DNA of 64,000 nt from Microthyrium microscopicum (Eukaryota). The position numbers were made by a program, and so were the translations under genes. The notes below the pieces were generated by a model. The model was given only the letters and a program-made list of their open reading frames with translations, was not told where the DNA came from and made no database searches. The stretch lies in assembly GCA_010405405.1 (NCBI GenBank), contig MU004241.1, forward strand, positions 793,373 to 857,372, in the 5' to 3' direction. Numbering within the stretch: position 1 is the first letter of the stretch; the number at the start of each line of letters is the position of its first letter. Positions 13,479 through 25,494 of the stretch are shown one piece after another.

Positions 13479-13832
13479 TGTGAGAATCGTCAAGGTTTAA
13501 CTTTGTGTGTGGTGTGGTTGAAGTTTCTTAGTAGTGGCTTGTAGATTTTTGAAAGAACTCTAAGGAGTTAAACCCAAAGATCTTCAGTCACAATCCAACC
13601 TCCATGAGAGAATACCTCGATCATGAAATGTACCATGCTCAAAAACATTTCTAGCGTCAACCCTGCATTTGATGGCCAAAATAGCGAAATTTGACACTAA
13701 ACCTTTTTCGCCTGGACAACCTCGGATCAATAGACCGCTCCCCCACGGGTTCGAAGCTCATCACCAATTGCCCCTCTGTCGAATAAGCCGGCTTCGTCCA
13801 TATATATCCTAGCTGCCTCACGACATGATGCC

Positions 13833-14823
13833 ATGCGCCCTGGCTATCGAGCCTTCCTGTCGCACTCTAGATCCTTCCTGCGATCTATTTCACAACAACA
13901 CCATCTAGTGACTGCCTCCGTCATGGCTAGCAAATGGCCTGCTCTGAACGACGTCGAGCGTCTCAGCGATCGCGTAATCCGTATACTGGCCCAGAACCCG
14001 AACAAATTCACTCTTCAAGGTATATAACCATACACAACTCTCTGTTGTGTAGTTGCAACTAACATCCCAAGGCACAAACACTTACCTCGTCGGGACCGGT
14101 CCTAAGCGCATTCTCATCGACACAGGCGAAGGCCGACCACAATGGTTCTCCATTCTCCAAGATGTCCTCGCTTCCGAGAAGGCAACAATATCTCAAGTAC
14201 TTCTAACCCACTACCACCTCGATCACATCAATGGTGTCAAAGACGTACAGACGCTGAATACACCACCCGAAATATACAAACACCAACCTATCAAAGGCTG
14301 GACAGATATCACGAACGGCCAACGCTTTACAACTGATGATGGCAAAACAACACTGAAGGCCTTTCACTGCCCCGGCCATACGCGGGATCATATGGCATAC
14401 ATACTCGAGGAAGAAGATGCGCTATTCACTGGCGACAATGTGCTAGGACATGGAACTGCTGTGTTTGAAGATCTACCACTGTACATCGACAGTCTAAATC
14501 GCATGGCTGAAGCCGCTGGCGGACGTGGTTACCCAGGACATGGTGAATTTCTTGAAAGTGCGCAAACACGGATTCGCGAATACGTAGCGCATCGGGCACA
14601 AAGAGAAAAGGAGGTAGTCGAAGTGCTAGGCTCAAAGACCGAGAGCACTGGCCTAGGAAGCATGGATATCGTGAAACTGATCTATCAAGATACGCCCGAG
14701 AACCTACACTTCGCCGCATCTCGTGGCGTAGTTCAAATACTGGAGAAACTGGTAGCTGAAGGAAAGGTCTATCATGATGACGAGGAGAATACCTGGGCAC
14801 TGGCAAAACGAGCTAACTTGTAG
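13833..14823 (+). CDS. Metallo-beta-lactamase-fold protein, LACTB2-like, 2 exons (alternative start at 13923)
   Basis: NPNKFTLQG/TNTYLVG, LIDTG, THYHLDH (HxHxDH), PGHTRDH, FTGDNVLGHG, YPGHG and a C-terminal winged-helix-like end. Confidence 0.9.
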
Positions 14824-15115
14824 GTCAATCCCCAGTAAGCACAGTTGACTTTTGGCTGCATAGCACAGAATGAGGAGGCGATTTGGTTTGATGGTTGCTC
14901 TTTTGATTCTAGACGATACCCTACATCTATACAATTCGCATATTAGACATCCACCGTCCAATTCTTCGCGATAAACCTGGCTGATGTCCACTAGAACCCC
15001 CAAGCCTGAATAAGGCAGTAGAGCAAGATTAACTTTGTACACATCGGTAGGAAGGATAGTTACCACAGACCCCACAAACCACACATAACGGCTCAACTCA
15101 ATGTATGAATTTCCC

Positions 15116-15733
15116 CTACGGCACCTCAATACCATAAGTTTCCTTAAGTCTCTGCTTCCGTCTCTCCTCATACCCAGGTCCATAAATTCCTCTTCCCTCT
15201 CCCAACTCCGCAATCGTCTCCGCCACTGGCCGTCGATACGTCCGTCTAGCCACATCCTTTTCCCCCAATATATCAGCATCCGGATCACCCCTCCGTCCCC
15301 TCAACCCATGTGTTGCAGTCATCGTGCCCGTCAGCACCGCGCCCAAAGCCCCAATACCAATAATCGACGGCAAACTCCTCTTCGACACACCAACAATACT
15401 GCCCGCGACAAAACCGCCTAATGCACTCGAGTATAAGTCGTCCTTGTGTCGTAGATTCGCTGTGACGTTGCGTACGAACATATATGAAGCACCCATGCCC
15501 GCTAAATCACCCCGTCAGTAAGTAATCTTGTCAATTGAGGTAAAGGAGGGTGTACCGAAGACGGCGGTGGTGCCGCCGTACTTGGTGAAGGTGCCGAGTA
15601 TGCCGATGTTTTGCTTGGTGAGGGCAGCTTGCACGCCGGAGGCAATGGCGCCGACGACACCGGTGGTGAGACCACCTTGGACGGCGGTGCCGATGGCGTC
15701 TTTGGGGTGGTAGTTCTCGTCTTCGCCGGCCAT
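15116..15733 (-). CDS. NADH:ubiquinone oxidoreductase 21.3 kDa subunit (NDUFA11/NUJM, Tim17 family), 2 exons
   Basis: YHPKDA, Gly-rich TM helices, NLRHKDD, RRPVAETIAELGEGRGI and YEERRKQRLKETYG. Confidence 0.9.
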
Positions 15734-15977
15734 TGTGTGGGTGGTGTTGTGGTGGTCGTGGTTTTGGAGGTGAGATTGATTGAAGTTGGATGTTGGGATA
15801 GCTATGTAGGGCTAGGGTTAACATGGCGAGATGCTGTTGAATTTCATCCGGCTTCATAGTTCAATTCTTCCCAACCACATCAACTTGCTCAGTATGGGAA
15901 GACCTCCCAACGCCATGGACGGTGTTGAGTCTTTTCAAGGCGCTCGGCGATCAGGGAGGATGTGTCTCCGGGCATAT

Positions 15978-16080
15978 AAGTATCAGCCTCTACCTCACGG
16001 CAGGCACTTTCGACTTCTGCGACTTACCAGGAAAATCAGCCGACGTAATTGAATGTAAATTCGAAACTTCCTCATACAGC
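15978..16080 (+). pseudogene. Frameshifted N-terminal fragment of a HET-domain gene
   Basis: YKYQPLPHGRHFRLLRL in one frame continues as LPGKSADVIECKFET in another. Together these match the typical HET-6-like start YxPL...IRLLxLLPG...DxIxCxL. No YxALSYxWG follows. Confidence 0.6.
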
Positions 16081-16833
16081 GGGCACTTCCTTATATCATA
16101 TCGGAGAAGACAAGTCACAGGTTCATGTCACCATTTTGTGTTCCAGATCCTTCACAATCGACTTCGCTTCAGCACCGCTTGATAGTGGCGAGAGCACATC
16201 GTTTCCTGATGTCCTCGAGGCAGTATGGAAGCGCTACTGTCTTCTAGAAGATCACGAGCGCTTGAAAAATGCGCCTTCGATGAAACATCTCGCTTGGACT
16301 GTTGCTGGCGCTTTACCCAATTTCCTATGGCTCATACCTGATTTTCTTACGCATTGCCATGAACATTGTAGCCCAGAGTTCTTTCAAGCTTCTTCAAGCT
16401 ATGATCTACTCCCAGCCTTCGATCACTCAACACAACCCGGTCAATCGAGTCTATTCAAAGATCGGGCATTTCCATAGTGATGGCGTTGAGTCTGAACTAC
16501 AGCGTTCTCGAGAGCAGTGAGTCTCCTTGTCCTCAAGATGAAAAAATCCGGACTCAGGCCTTTGTATCAATCCGACGAAAATCGACACACTACTATGGCA
16601 TTGTCAAGTACCAAGAAAAACCTGGGCCTTTGTTTGCCATCAAAGTGTTTATCCGCCGAACTCTTTTCAAGAATCCATGGTCAGTTTACTTATACATAGC
16701 TTTATTTGAAGTACCGCAGGTTGGCATTATACTATTACCATAATATTGAAATCAACCAGCCCGGCTAACCGCTTAAACGTAACCCAAGCTTCTTGAACAA
16801 CCTCTATCCACGATCCTACGACATCAAAATTGA

Positions 16834-17892
16834 ATGATCATGTCAGGTAACGGCAAAAACACCTCCCTGCTCGAAAGCAGCACACCTGAGCTGGACGGTG
16901 GTAAAGACCTCCTAGCGAGATTGAACTGGTATTCCAATACTAACTCAAGCTCCCATAGCCTTCCTTCATGGCAAGACAGCTCACGGCAACCCAGTCAAAA
17001 GCCTGAAGTCTTCCCATTCATGAATCCCAAGCTACTAGGCACGGGCAATCAAGGAGTCGTTTGGCAAGTTGATAACGAAGCTGGGTCATTCGCCCTCAAG
17101 TTCGGCAATGCTAAACATTCTAGCTTAGATTCAGAAATTCACACCCTAGCCATGTTGAACGAAGCATTCAATGGTCATCGGGCATCTAATCATATCCCTC
17201 GTTATCTAGGTTGGGTGTACACGCCGAACATGGATGACGGTCTGGGAGGCCCATACAAGGGCTTTGTCACGGAGAGGTTTCATGGAAGCGTCAACGACTA
17301 TGTCGAACTTATGAGTACGTCAACATTTTCTTCTGAGCAGAAAGAGCTAACTTTGTGGAGTATGATGCATCAGCTCGCCATCGTCTTGGATGCCATCTAT
17401 TTCGGACCTGGCACTAAAGACTGGCTACGCTTGGGTCATAACGATCTATCCTCAATCAACATCTTTTATCGGCTGTTGCCGTCCTCCAAGTACCCGCATA
17501 TCGCTGTTGGGGATTGGGGCAAAGCCTGCTACGAACCCCAGCAGTCGTCACCAAGCGCTGTCCAGGAAAAGTACATCATCGACGTGAGAGAACCCATCAA
17601 GACCATACCTAACGCAGTCTACGACATAATCTGTCTCCGAAGCTGCTTTATGCGATGGTGTTCTACACTGGAATTGCTCGAAGAAGACAGCCGACGGCTT
17701 GAGACCAAATCGCCTTTGCTTCAACTGAGCCACGTACTAATCATCGGCGATTGTAAGTTAGGCTGGGATGCGCTGCCAAATGCTCGAGAGCTCTTGCAAT
17801 GGATGAAGCAGATGTGGCAAGCGGAAGCACCCGAGCATTATGGCTCTTCTGTATCAGTCGTAGAGCTTCAACAAAACATTCTTGCAGAGTAG
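16834..17892 (+). CDS. Divergent intronless protein kinase-like protein
   Basis: Gly loop LGTGNQGVVW, FALKF, alphaC Glu (SEIH), catalytic loop HNDLSSINI and DWG in place of DFG. Confidence 0.75.
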   Translation: MIMSGNGKNTSLLESSTPELDGGKDLLARLNWYSNTNSSSHSLPSWQDSSRQPSQKPEVFPFMNPKLLGTGNQGVVWQVDNEAGSFALKFGNAKHSSLDSEIHTLAMLNEAFNGHRASNHIPRYLGWVYTPNMDDGLGGPYKGFVTERFHGSVNDYVELMSTSTFSSEQKELTLWSMMHQLAIVLDAIYFGPGTKDWLRLGHNDLSSINIFYRLLPSSKYPHIAVGDWGKACYEPQQSSPSAVQEKYIIDVREPIKTIPNAVYDIICLRSCFMRWCSTLELLEEDSRRLETKSPLLQLSHVLIIGDCKLGWDALPNARELLQWMKQMWQAEAPEHYGSSVSVVELQQNILAE

Positions 17893-19898
17893 GTCCATAT
17901 TACTAATTTTTATCTGTTCATGTTTCAAGATGAATTCAAATTGCAATCATTTACTTCTTCACTTTTCGTCAATCATTATTGTGTACTTGTCTTCATCCAT
18001 TTCAGCAAATGCTTGGTCGAAAGCACCCTTACGCTCGACAAGACATATTGAGAGACAAGAGGTTTTCAAAGCTCCCAGGCTCCCTATCGATCTCAGGCAC
18101 CGATACCTCTAAGTCTCGTGCTGCCAAAAGCTCGTTGATGTGAGCAGTAAATATTAGAACGATACTCTTGTTAGGAGTGAGTTTCAAGGGGTGCACACCT
18201 TATTGTATAAGCAAGCCAATGGTATTATGGATAAGATGCTGCAGCGCTATAAGCATACATTAGCTGATATGCAGGAGCTTAACGGCACCCCCATTAGCCT
18301 ATCGTTGACGCGACTTCTCCAGATTCCAGACTGAAGACTTCACGATTGTGAGTCAATCGCTCCAAACCCAAACTCTTGATCAAGAAATAATGGACGAGAT
18401 CAATTTTCTTTTTCATTGATCAAAGTCAGGTTCTAGACCTCTAATGACAGGCAGCTTGAGGTCTTCCAAGCGTTCATTCAGCCTTGCAGCTTTGTTCAGC
18501 ACAGCCCCTGCAGCAATAAACAGGCTATTTTGCACGAATGACGTGCCAGTACTGCAGAAAAGGAGAAGACATAGACGCACTAATAACATTGCTGTCTTGC
18601 GCATTACAACTTCTTCCAACTCCATTCGACACAAACGAAGAACCAACAGTTCACGACCAGGACCATTAAGCGCGCAACATGCGATCCTTTTGATCAGCCG
18701 CACTTGCCAATGCCGCTTCGCATCTACCCTTGGAGCCATTTACATCGCACAAACCTCTGGTTGCCCTGACTTTGACAAACCCAACCTCTGTTGTCCCACC
18801 AAAAAGGGGGCAAGGACGGTCCAACCCCTCGCCACTCTTTTGGAAATTGAATGAAATCCGGCAGTCGCAAATAGTAGACGGATAGACTTGTGAGTCGGAC
18901 AAACAAGCAGAGATTATGACACGGCTGCAAACATGAACAAAAGGGTAGGCATCCGCGGTGGTGCTGAAGAAATACCACGATGTGGACCAATCTGAAGCAA
19001 GCTAGTGGAGGTTGGTGTTGACTTTGCAGGGCAGGCGATTGGTGATTAAGATGAGACATGTTGTCCAATTGCTGGTATGGTGTTGTACAAAGCTGGGTCA
19101 CAGCCGTTGTATTCCCAAGCTGTGCCATCTCATAAAAGCTTGGTCTCTACCAAGGTAAAGGCAGGGAGTTCTTACCATAATTTTCAGTTTGCAATTCGCA
19201 GTTTACATCAGACAGAGTACACACGATCTACGACTCCTTATCTTCCTGATAAATCCTTCAGTTCAGACAGCGCAATCCGTCGTCAGCCTTGTCACTTTCC
19301 GCATATAACTCCAGTTGAACCCATACCCTACTTGCCCCACGACATCATTGACCAACAACAAGTACATTATTAACTTGGAATCTGTTGCCAGCCACTCTCC
19401 ACAAGTGACGGGACAGCCCTTTAAGCGGGAAAAGACTTGTAATAATCTGTTATCGTCAAGATCGGCTGCTCATAACCCAGATCAATCACGGCCCTCACCA
19501 CCAGAGGCTGTAAACGACAACGGACAACGCAGGAGGTTAGTAATTAAACTTTGCGCAATCTAATTTCCTGTTTGAAATCACATATGGCAATGGCTTAGAA
19601 AGAGAAGCAATCACGCTGCGCTCTGGCGTGTGGCCGTTGCATATGCACTTACCCGTCGCTCTTGCCATTTGAAAGAGTTACTCTTGCCGTTTTTTGTCAC
19701 CACAATCTTACATCACAACATTCCTTGTCTCCCCCAGCCCAACCTCTTCACCAGTCTCTCCTCTTCATCCTTTTGTTTCTTTCAAGCTTTATCCAACCAT
19801 CATACCTAACCACTGCATTTACCCTTTGCACAACTAATACCTATCAGGATCCTAAATATCGCTGCAATACCTTTCTTACTGCAATAGATACATTCACA

Positions 19899-20787
19899 AT
19901 GCACTTTTCTCAACTCTTGTCTGTCACCACACTGGCGGCTGGCATTTACATTGCTGCCGCCGCCAGCGATGCTTCTGTCGTCAAAGACAACCCCATCGGA
20001 GCCTGGATCATAGCTGATACCAGCGGCAAGGATGGCAGCAATCATGGCATGCTCGCAGAGGTCTCAGCATCCAGCTCGTCTGATGGAGAGGGTGTCGAGA
20101 TGACCATCAACCTGAATGGCTTGTCAAGTATACCTCTTAGTGGAGGACCTTTCAGTATGTATCATATCTGCCAAAGTAAATCAATTGGTGCTAACAAGAC
20201 TCGCAGCATACCACATTCACCAGTATCCAGTGCCCGAAAATGGCTCTTGCGACGCGACTGGTGCACATCTCGATCCAACTAACCGCGGCGACTCTCCACC
20301 CTGCGATAAGACAAAGCCGGAGACTTGTCAAGTTGGTGACTTGGCTGGTAAACATGGTGCTTGCCCTTCGCTTCCTGGATGCAGCAACACGTAAGTTGCG
20401 AGAATCGATCTTTCGGACGATTAAATGTTGATGTGTAATAGCTTTCGCGATCCGTATCTCTCACTCACGCCGGGCAACCCAGCCTACATCGGAGACAAGA
20501 GTTTCGTTGTTCACTACGCGAATAAGACCCGCATCGCATGTGTCAACTTCCTCCCTAGCGGCAAGTCTGCAAGCTCAGCTGGTTATAACTCAACTTCGAC
20601 AGCAGTCTCCTCCGCTTCTGCACCTGGCGCGACTTCTACGTCAACTTCAACAATCGGCGCTGGAAATTCTGCGACCGCCACTCCAACAGGCAGCGTGGTG
20701 ACTGCTTCAGGACTTGCCTCTTCCAGCCTACAAGTCCCTGGCTTCGCTGGTCTCCTGTTCACGATACTAGGCTTCACCATGTGGTGA
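19899..20787 (+). CDS. Secreted GPI-anchored Cu-only superoxide dismutase (Sod5-like), 3 exons
   Basis: Signal peptide, YHIH, CDATGAHLDP, CQVGDLAGKHG, SFVVHYANKTRIAC, a Ser/Thr stalk and a hydrophobic C-terminus. Confidence 0.92.
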
Positions 20788-22213
20788 TTGTGTACTTTAC
20801 ATGTTTCAAATACCCCTTACACTCATTAATATGCACATTGCTCGGTGTTGGCTGGCGTCGGTGGCGTAATGCGGATTGGACCAGTCATCAGGCATGGTCA
20901 CTTCCAGGTTAGGAACTTGTTACTTCTGTATTGTATTAGACTAGTTGAACAAGGCGTAGTATCTCCTACTACGTCACCATTGTATTGAAGCGAATTGAAA
21001 TCAAAATACCCTATTACCAATATCCAACTCCGTTCGTCTTTAATCTAACGTGTGCTCGTGGTTACTATGTTGTACGAGCGGCAACGCAGGTACTGAACGG
21101 CACATCATCAGCTTCCGCCCTTGCATTCTCCTGACGTCAAATTATGAGCTTGATGAATCCCTGCTGCAATCTATCCAATGCACAGGAGCTTGGAGATTTC
21201 CGCCCCGGTTGGTGGTATCTTCTAACCCTTGCGGCTTTGCAATATATTGCCGGGCTATCAGTTTTCTGTAATGCATAGCACGAGCTTCTCAATTGCTGAG
21301 CTAAAATTGTCCTCGAGGTACTGTCACTAGTAATGTAATACCTGAGCGCTATAAGCTCGCCGAGGCGCTGTGTACAACTGTCCCCTTTCCATCACCAGAT
21401 TCCTTTCGCCGGCGTATCCGTGTGCGTCTATAGTTATGTAAAGCTCTGATTCTGTATTTCCCAGACGTCGTGTATGTGTCTGCTAGCGGCCCCTTTCGAG
21501 TACCGAATTCGATTGCCCCACAGGGTTCGTGAAGTTAACTTTTGTCATTCGAGTGTGGGACCGAATCGTTTAGTAGTGAATGGAGCCCTGTGTTTCGGAA
21601 CAAAAGAGGAAACAGAAACGTTGTTTCCACGTGAGCTTGTTCGGCTCGAGCCGATCGGTGAACCATATTTTGAGAGCAGCTATGGCAGTAAAAGCATATC
21701 TTGAGGGATCGTCTATATATTTCGAACGCCTTGAGCGATGGCTTGAAGATACGCATCAGCCACTGTGGGGAAGTGGGCGTTAAGAATCCGGGGTAAGATC
21801 TGCGATGTAATTGAGCTTTTATACCACGGATGTTTAGTGACTGACGAAATGGTGTTTTGACTGCGTGTTGTTATCTACAGTATATATAAGCTTGGAGTTG
21901 TGATATATCTTACTGTATCTACAGAACGGAGTAGACCGTGAGAGCATCCTTTCAGTCCTGTCTTGCAGTTGCTTCAACGGACCAAAGTATGGTCAAGCAC
22001 GGTAACCACATTTGATACGGTGACTGTGATGTATTCGCTTTATGCTTGAGAATCATCAGCCCTCATGATGATATTATGCTCCCATGGCTTGCATGGCACA
22101 AACCACAACCGTTTGACGCCTCTTGAAGGTACATGTCCTAGCAACGGCCATCCATCGACCCTCAACCCAATATCAACAAAGACGCAACGCTAACATCAAA
22201 GCATGTCATTCTT

Positions 22214-22857
22214 CTATCCCATCTTAGCATTCGAGAAATCCATCTCTGGATGCTGTTCCTGAAACTTCTTCAACATATCCACCTTCTTCTGCTCCTCGCT
22301 CGTCGGCAGCCCCTTCTCCTTCTGCGCCTGATCAAACATCATCTTCTCCACCATCGACCTTGTCTCGCCATCCAAGTCACCCAGCTTGCTGTTTTCCGGC
22401 TGTATCTTTTGCACGTCGATTTTGGGCGCGTTGGTCACGACGTGTGGCCACCATTCCATTTGGTTGACTTTGTCGAGATGGATGCTGACTTCTTTGCCGT
22501 TGGAGGTTGAGACTAGTGTCCATGTTGATTCGTCGACGCGGATTTGTTTGGGGAGAGGGCCCTGGACGTTGACAATGTCATTAGTGGTTGTTTTTATGGT
22601 TCGGAATAAAAGAGTTGGGAGTGAATACTTACATCGATGAAGACTTCGCCGCCTTTGATGGCGGCTTTCAAGCTTTCTTTGCCTATTTTGATATCCAAGT
22701 CTTTGCCTTTGAATTTGCCGTCTATTTCAATGGTGATATCCACGTCTTTGATTGTTTGGGTCCATTTGTATGGAAGAGCTGCTTGTTCTGCCTCTTCCCG
22801 AGCTTTAGCTTCTTCATCGGCTCGCTTCTGTTCGGATGGCGTGGGTGAGGTCGACAT
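22214..22857 (-). CDS. nudC: Nuclear movement protein NudC, 2 exons
   Basis: [10 protein letters not shown] domain, [39 protein letters not shown] and [11 protein letters not shown]. Confidence 0.95.
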
Positions 22858-23245
22858 GACTGCCGTTCGTGAATGTCGTGTGAATTGCAAAGCCAATTGC
22901 AAAGGCAAGAGGAAATCAGTGAAGTAGAAAATGGGTCTGTGGTGTTATGAAGATGCAGTTGAGCTCTCGAACCCCCTCAAAAATCAAAGAGGCCGTCGCG
23001 ATCCTGAGATTCTGTTGGTGTTTCCAATTTTAGATGCCCCGCATGCCCAGCTCTCCCTAACTTTAGCGGGAAGATCGCCGCATTTTAGTGACTTCGCTGC
23101 TATACCAAAATGTGGCAAATTTCCCGTCCCATGGAACCAAAATTCTTTCCTCCTTCAACATCTGTTCTCCAGTGCTTCTTCTTCCATCGCACTATTTCTA
23201 CACTATCACAATGTACTGCTAAGCTCATTTGTCCCACCATGACGA

Positions 23246-24140
23246 ATGGCCGAAAGCTCAAGCAGCGCTGACAATGTCCCCTTGAGCGAACCAGTCCATG
23301 AGACACCAAAGACCACAGACGACTGCGCAATATGTCTTGCCGCCGTGTCAGAAAGGGCCATAGCAGTCCCATGTAACCACTGCTGCTTCGACTTCCTATG
23401 TCTAGCCAGCTGGGCAGCCGAACAGCCAACCTGTCCACTATGTACGCTTCATTCGCACTTACACCAGCCTCCATCTACATTACTGATCAACCACTCCAGG
23501 CAAGACCGCACTTACAGCGATCGAATACGATTGGACATCTCCCACCGACTTCAAAATCTACCTCATCCCTACACCCCAAACCACACCCCAACACCGTGCT
23601 CCAGCACGCGGCCGTCCCTCTAGACGTAGACCGCACGATGCCAATGATACGGAAGTCGACACCGCCCTCATCCGCCGAAGAAATATATACACTTACCAGC
23701 GCTACTCTCTACACATTGGCTCAAATCGCCACTCGGGCTTCCGCAACATCACAGCCAGCATGATTGCGCAATCCGCCACATTACAGGCGCGCGCGAGCAT
23801 GTGGATGCGACGCGAACTACGTGTCTTTGGGTCTTTACGGCATTCAGTCTCTGATTCGCCGTCGAGAAGCTGGGAAGCTGGACGAGTCTTCAATGCGGAG
23901 TATCTACTGCGCAGTACGCTGGAGAGTCTGAAGCTTAGTGGGGTCAAGGGTGGTGATGCGGAGGAAGTGTTGGCTGGTAGGATTGGGAGGGAGAACGCGC
24001 GGTTATTTCTGCATGAGTTGGGTTCGTGGATGAGGAGTCCGTTTGAGAGTCTGGAGGAGTGGGATCGATTTGTGCAATATCCAGCTAAGAATGTTGTGAG
24101 TCTATCGGCGGAGAGTGGCGTGACTGATAAGGGCGCCTGA
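23246..24140 (+). CDS. RING-HC E3 ubiquitin ligase (TOPORS-like fungal family), 2 exons
   Basis: CAIC...PCNHCCFDFLC...W...CPLC RING. The C-terminus has WMRRELRVF, NAEYL, LFLHELGSWMRSPF and WD..VQY. Confidence 0.85.
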
Positions 24141-24283
24141 AAGAAAATTCGCATTGCGGAGGTTGATGTTTCACGAAAAATAGGATCACGATATAACAGG
24201 AAGAGTAGAATAATGGTGTGAAGAATCAAAGGGGTATTTATCATTAAACGTCTATAGGAACGGGTCGTAAAGTCAAAAGTCGC

Positions 24284-24594
24284 TTAGTTGGACACCTTGT
24301 TTGGCACCTTCTTGCCGGTGAATTTCTCGAATAAAGCGCGGGCCTTATCGGTCTGAGATAGTTTGTTAGTATACTGATGTTGGATGAATCGGAGCAATAC
24401 GTACGATCTTCTCGTTCATGTTGCGGTTCTTGCCAGTGTCTGCGCCGTACTTTCCACCGAACTTCTTCTCAACAGAGTCGAGAGCTGCAATCTTGTAAGT
24501 TAAAAAGTTGATAGCGGGGAAACTCTTGATTCTTACCCTTGTCAACGTAATCCTCGCCGCCAGCGTTGTTGGTCATGCCTGCTTGGTTGTTCAT
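24284..24594 (-). CDS. 68-aa small hydrophilic protein, 3 exons (24594-24537, 24484-24405, 24352-24284); absent from the ORF track
   Basis: Two canonical introns (GTAAGA..CAG; GTACGT..CTAAC..CAG) splice to 207 nt in frame: MNNQAGMTNNAGGEDYVDKALDSVEKKFGGKYGADTGKNRNMNEKITDKARALFEKFTGKKVPNKVSN*. Confidence 0.85.
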
Positions 24595-24737
24595 GGTGAC
24601 TGATTTTGGTTGTTTGGTTGGTTTGTGGTGTGTAGTGTATTTTGCGTTGAATGGTGTGTGGTGGTGATAAAGTTTTGGTGAAGAAGGAAATGATCAGACT
24701 TAAGTAGATTTCTAAGGGTAAAAGTCTTCAGGGTTCT

Positions 24738-24992
24738 TGACGTATCAGCAGGCGCGTAGCTCATTCTATTGCATGTGCCCGCCTAGCCAGCACGCTTGCT
24801 CCTGCCTGTCGAATCACACCCTCTCAAGGTCAAGATAGGAATCGACGATGGACGTCACTGCCAAGATGGGAAGGTTCGTGGTTGGTCAATCATTACCCGA
24901 TCGGGCACGTTTACACCGCACGTTGTGATCCACCCCGGCTGCCGGAGGCTTCTCCGACGTAGGCCTAACTACTTTCGAGATGTATGACGTCA
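24738..24992. promoter_or_regulatory. Three CRE/ATF-type sites upstream of the 68-aa gene
   Basis: TGACGTA at 24738-24744, ACGTCA at 24852-24857 and the palindrome TGACGTCA at 24985-24992. Confidence 0.45.
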
Positions 24993-25494
24993 GGGCAAGG
25001 CTGAGTATGGCTTGATCGTGCATCGTGCATCCTGGATCTGGCATGAGCAGGTTTTGAGTAACTTTCCTGAGCGCTTACGATGGCAGCCGCCTGATCGTGG
25101 AGAAACAGCCGTTAGTCTGCGGCTTGATGAACAAGAACTGCGATCGACAGGCACCAAAACGCTAACAACGGAAGAATTAAAGAATTCACAAGATTTTGGC
25201 AGATACCGCCTCTTAGCGGCTCCAATATAAATGGCGCTCTCCCAGCGAGTGCGATGTCTACCACCACACCTCTTAAACATCAGACTCTCTAACTCCCATC
25301 CAAATCCATACTTCGTTACTATTTCTTCGCCATCGATGGGAAATGAAGGATTTCATACCACAATGTAGCGAATGGGAGCCAACGAAGCTGATGGGAGCGC
25401 GCCATCTATTCTGACCTTCGGTTACGATCCAGCAAAGTGCTATTTATATCATTAATTAATATAGATGTCCAGACTTAGCCAACAGGTATCTAGA

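Noticed and set aside
18413..19563. Overlapping 78-136 aa ORFs upstream of the SOD gene
   Set aside because: No domain signal on either strand; likely intergenic.
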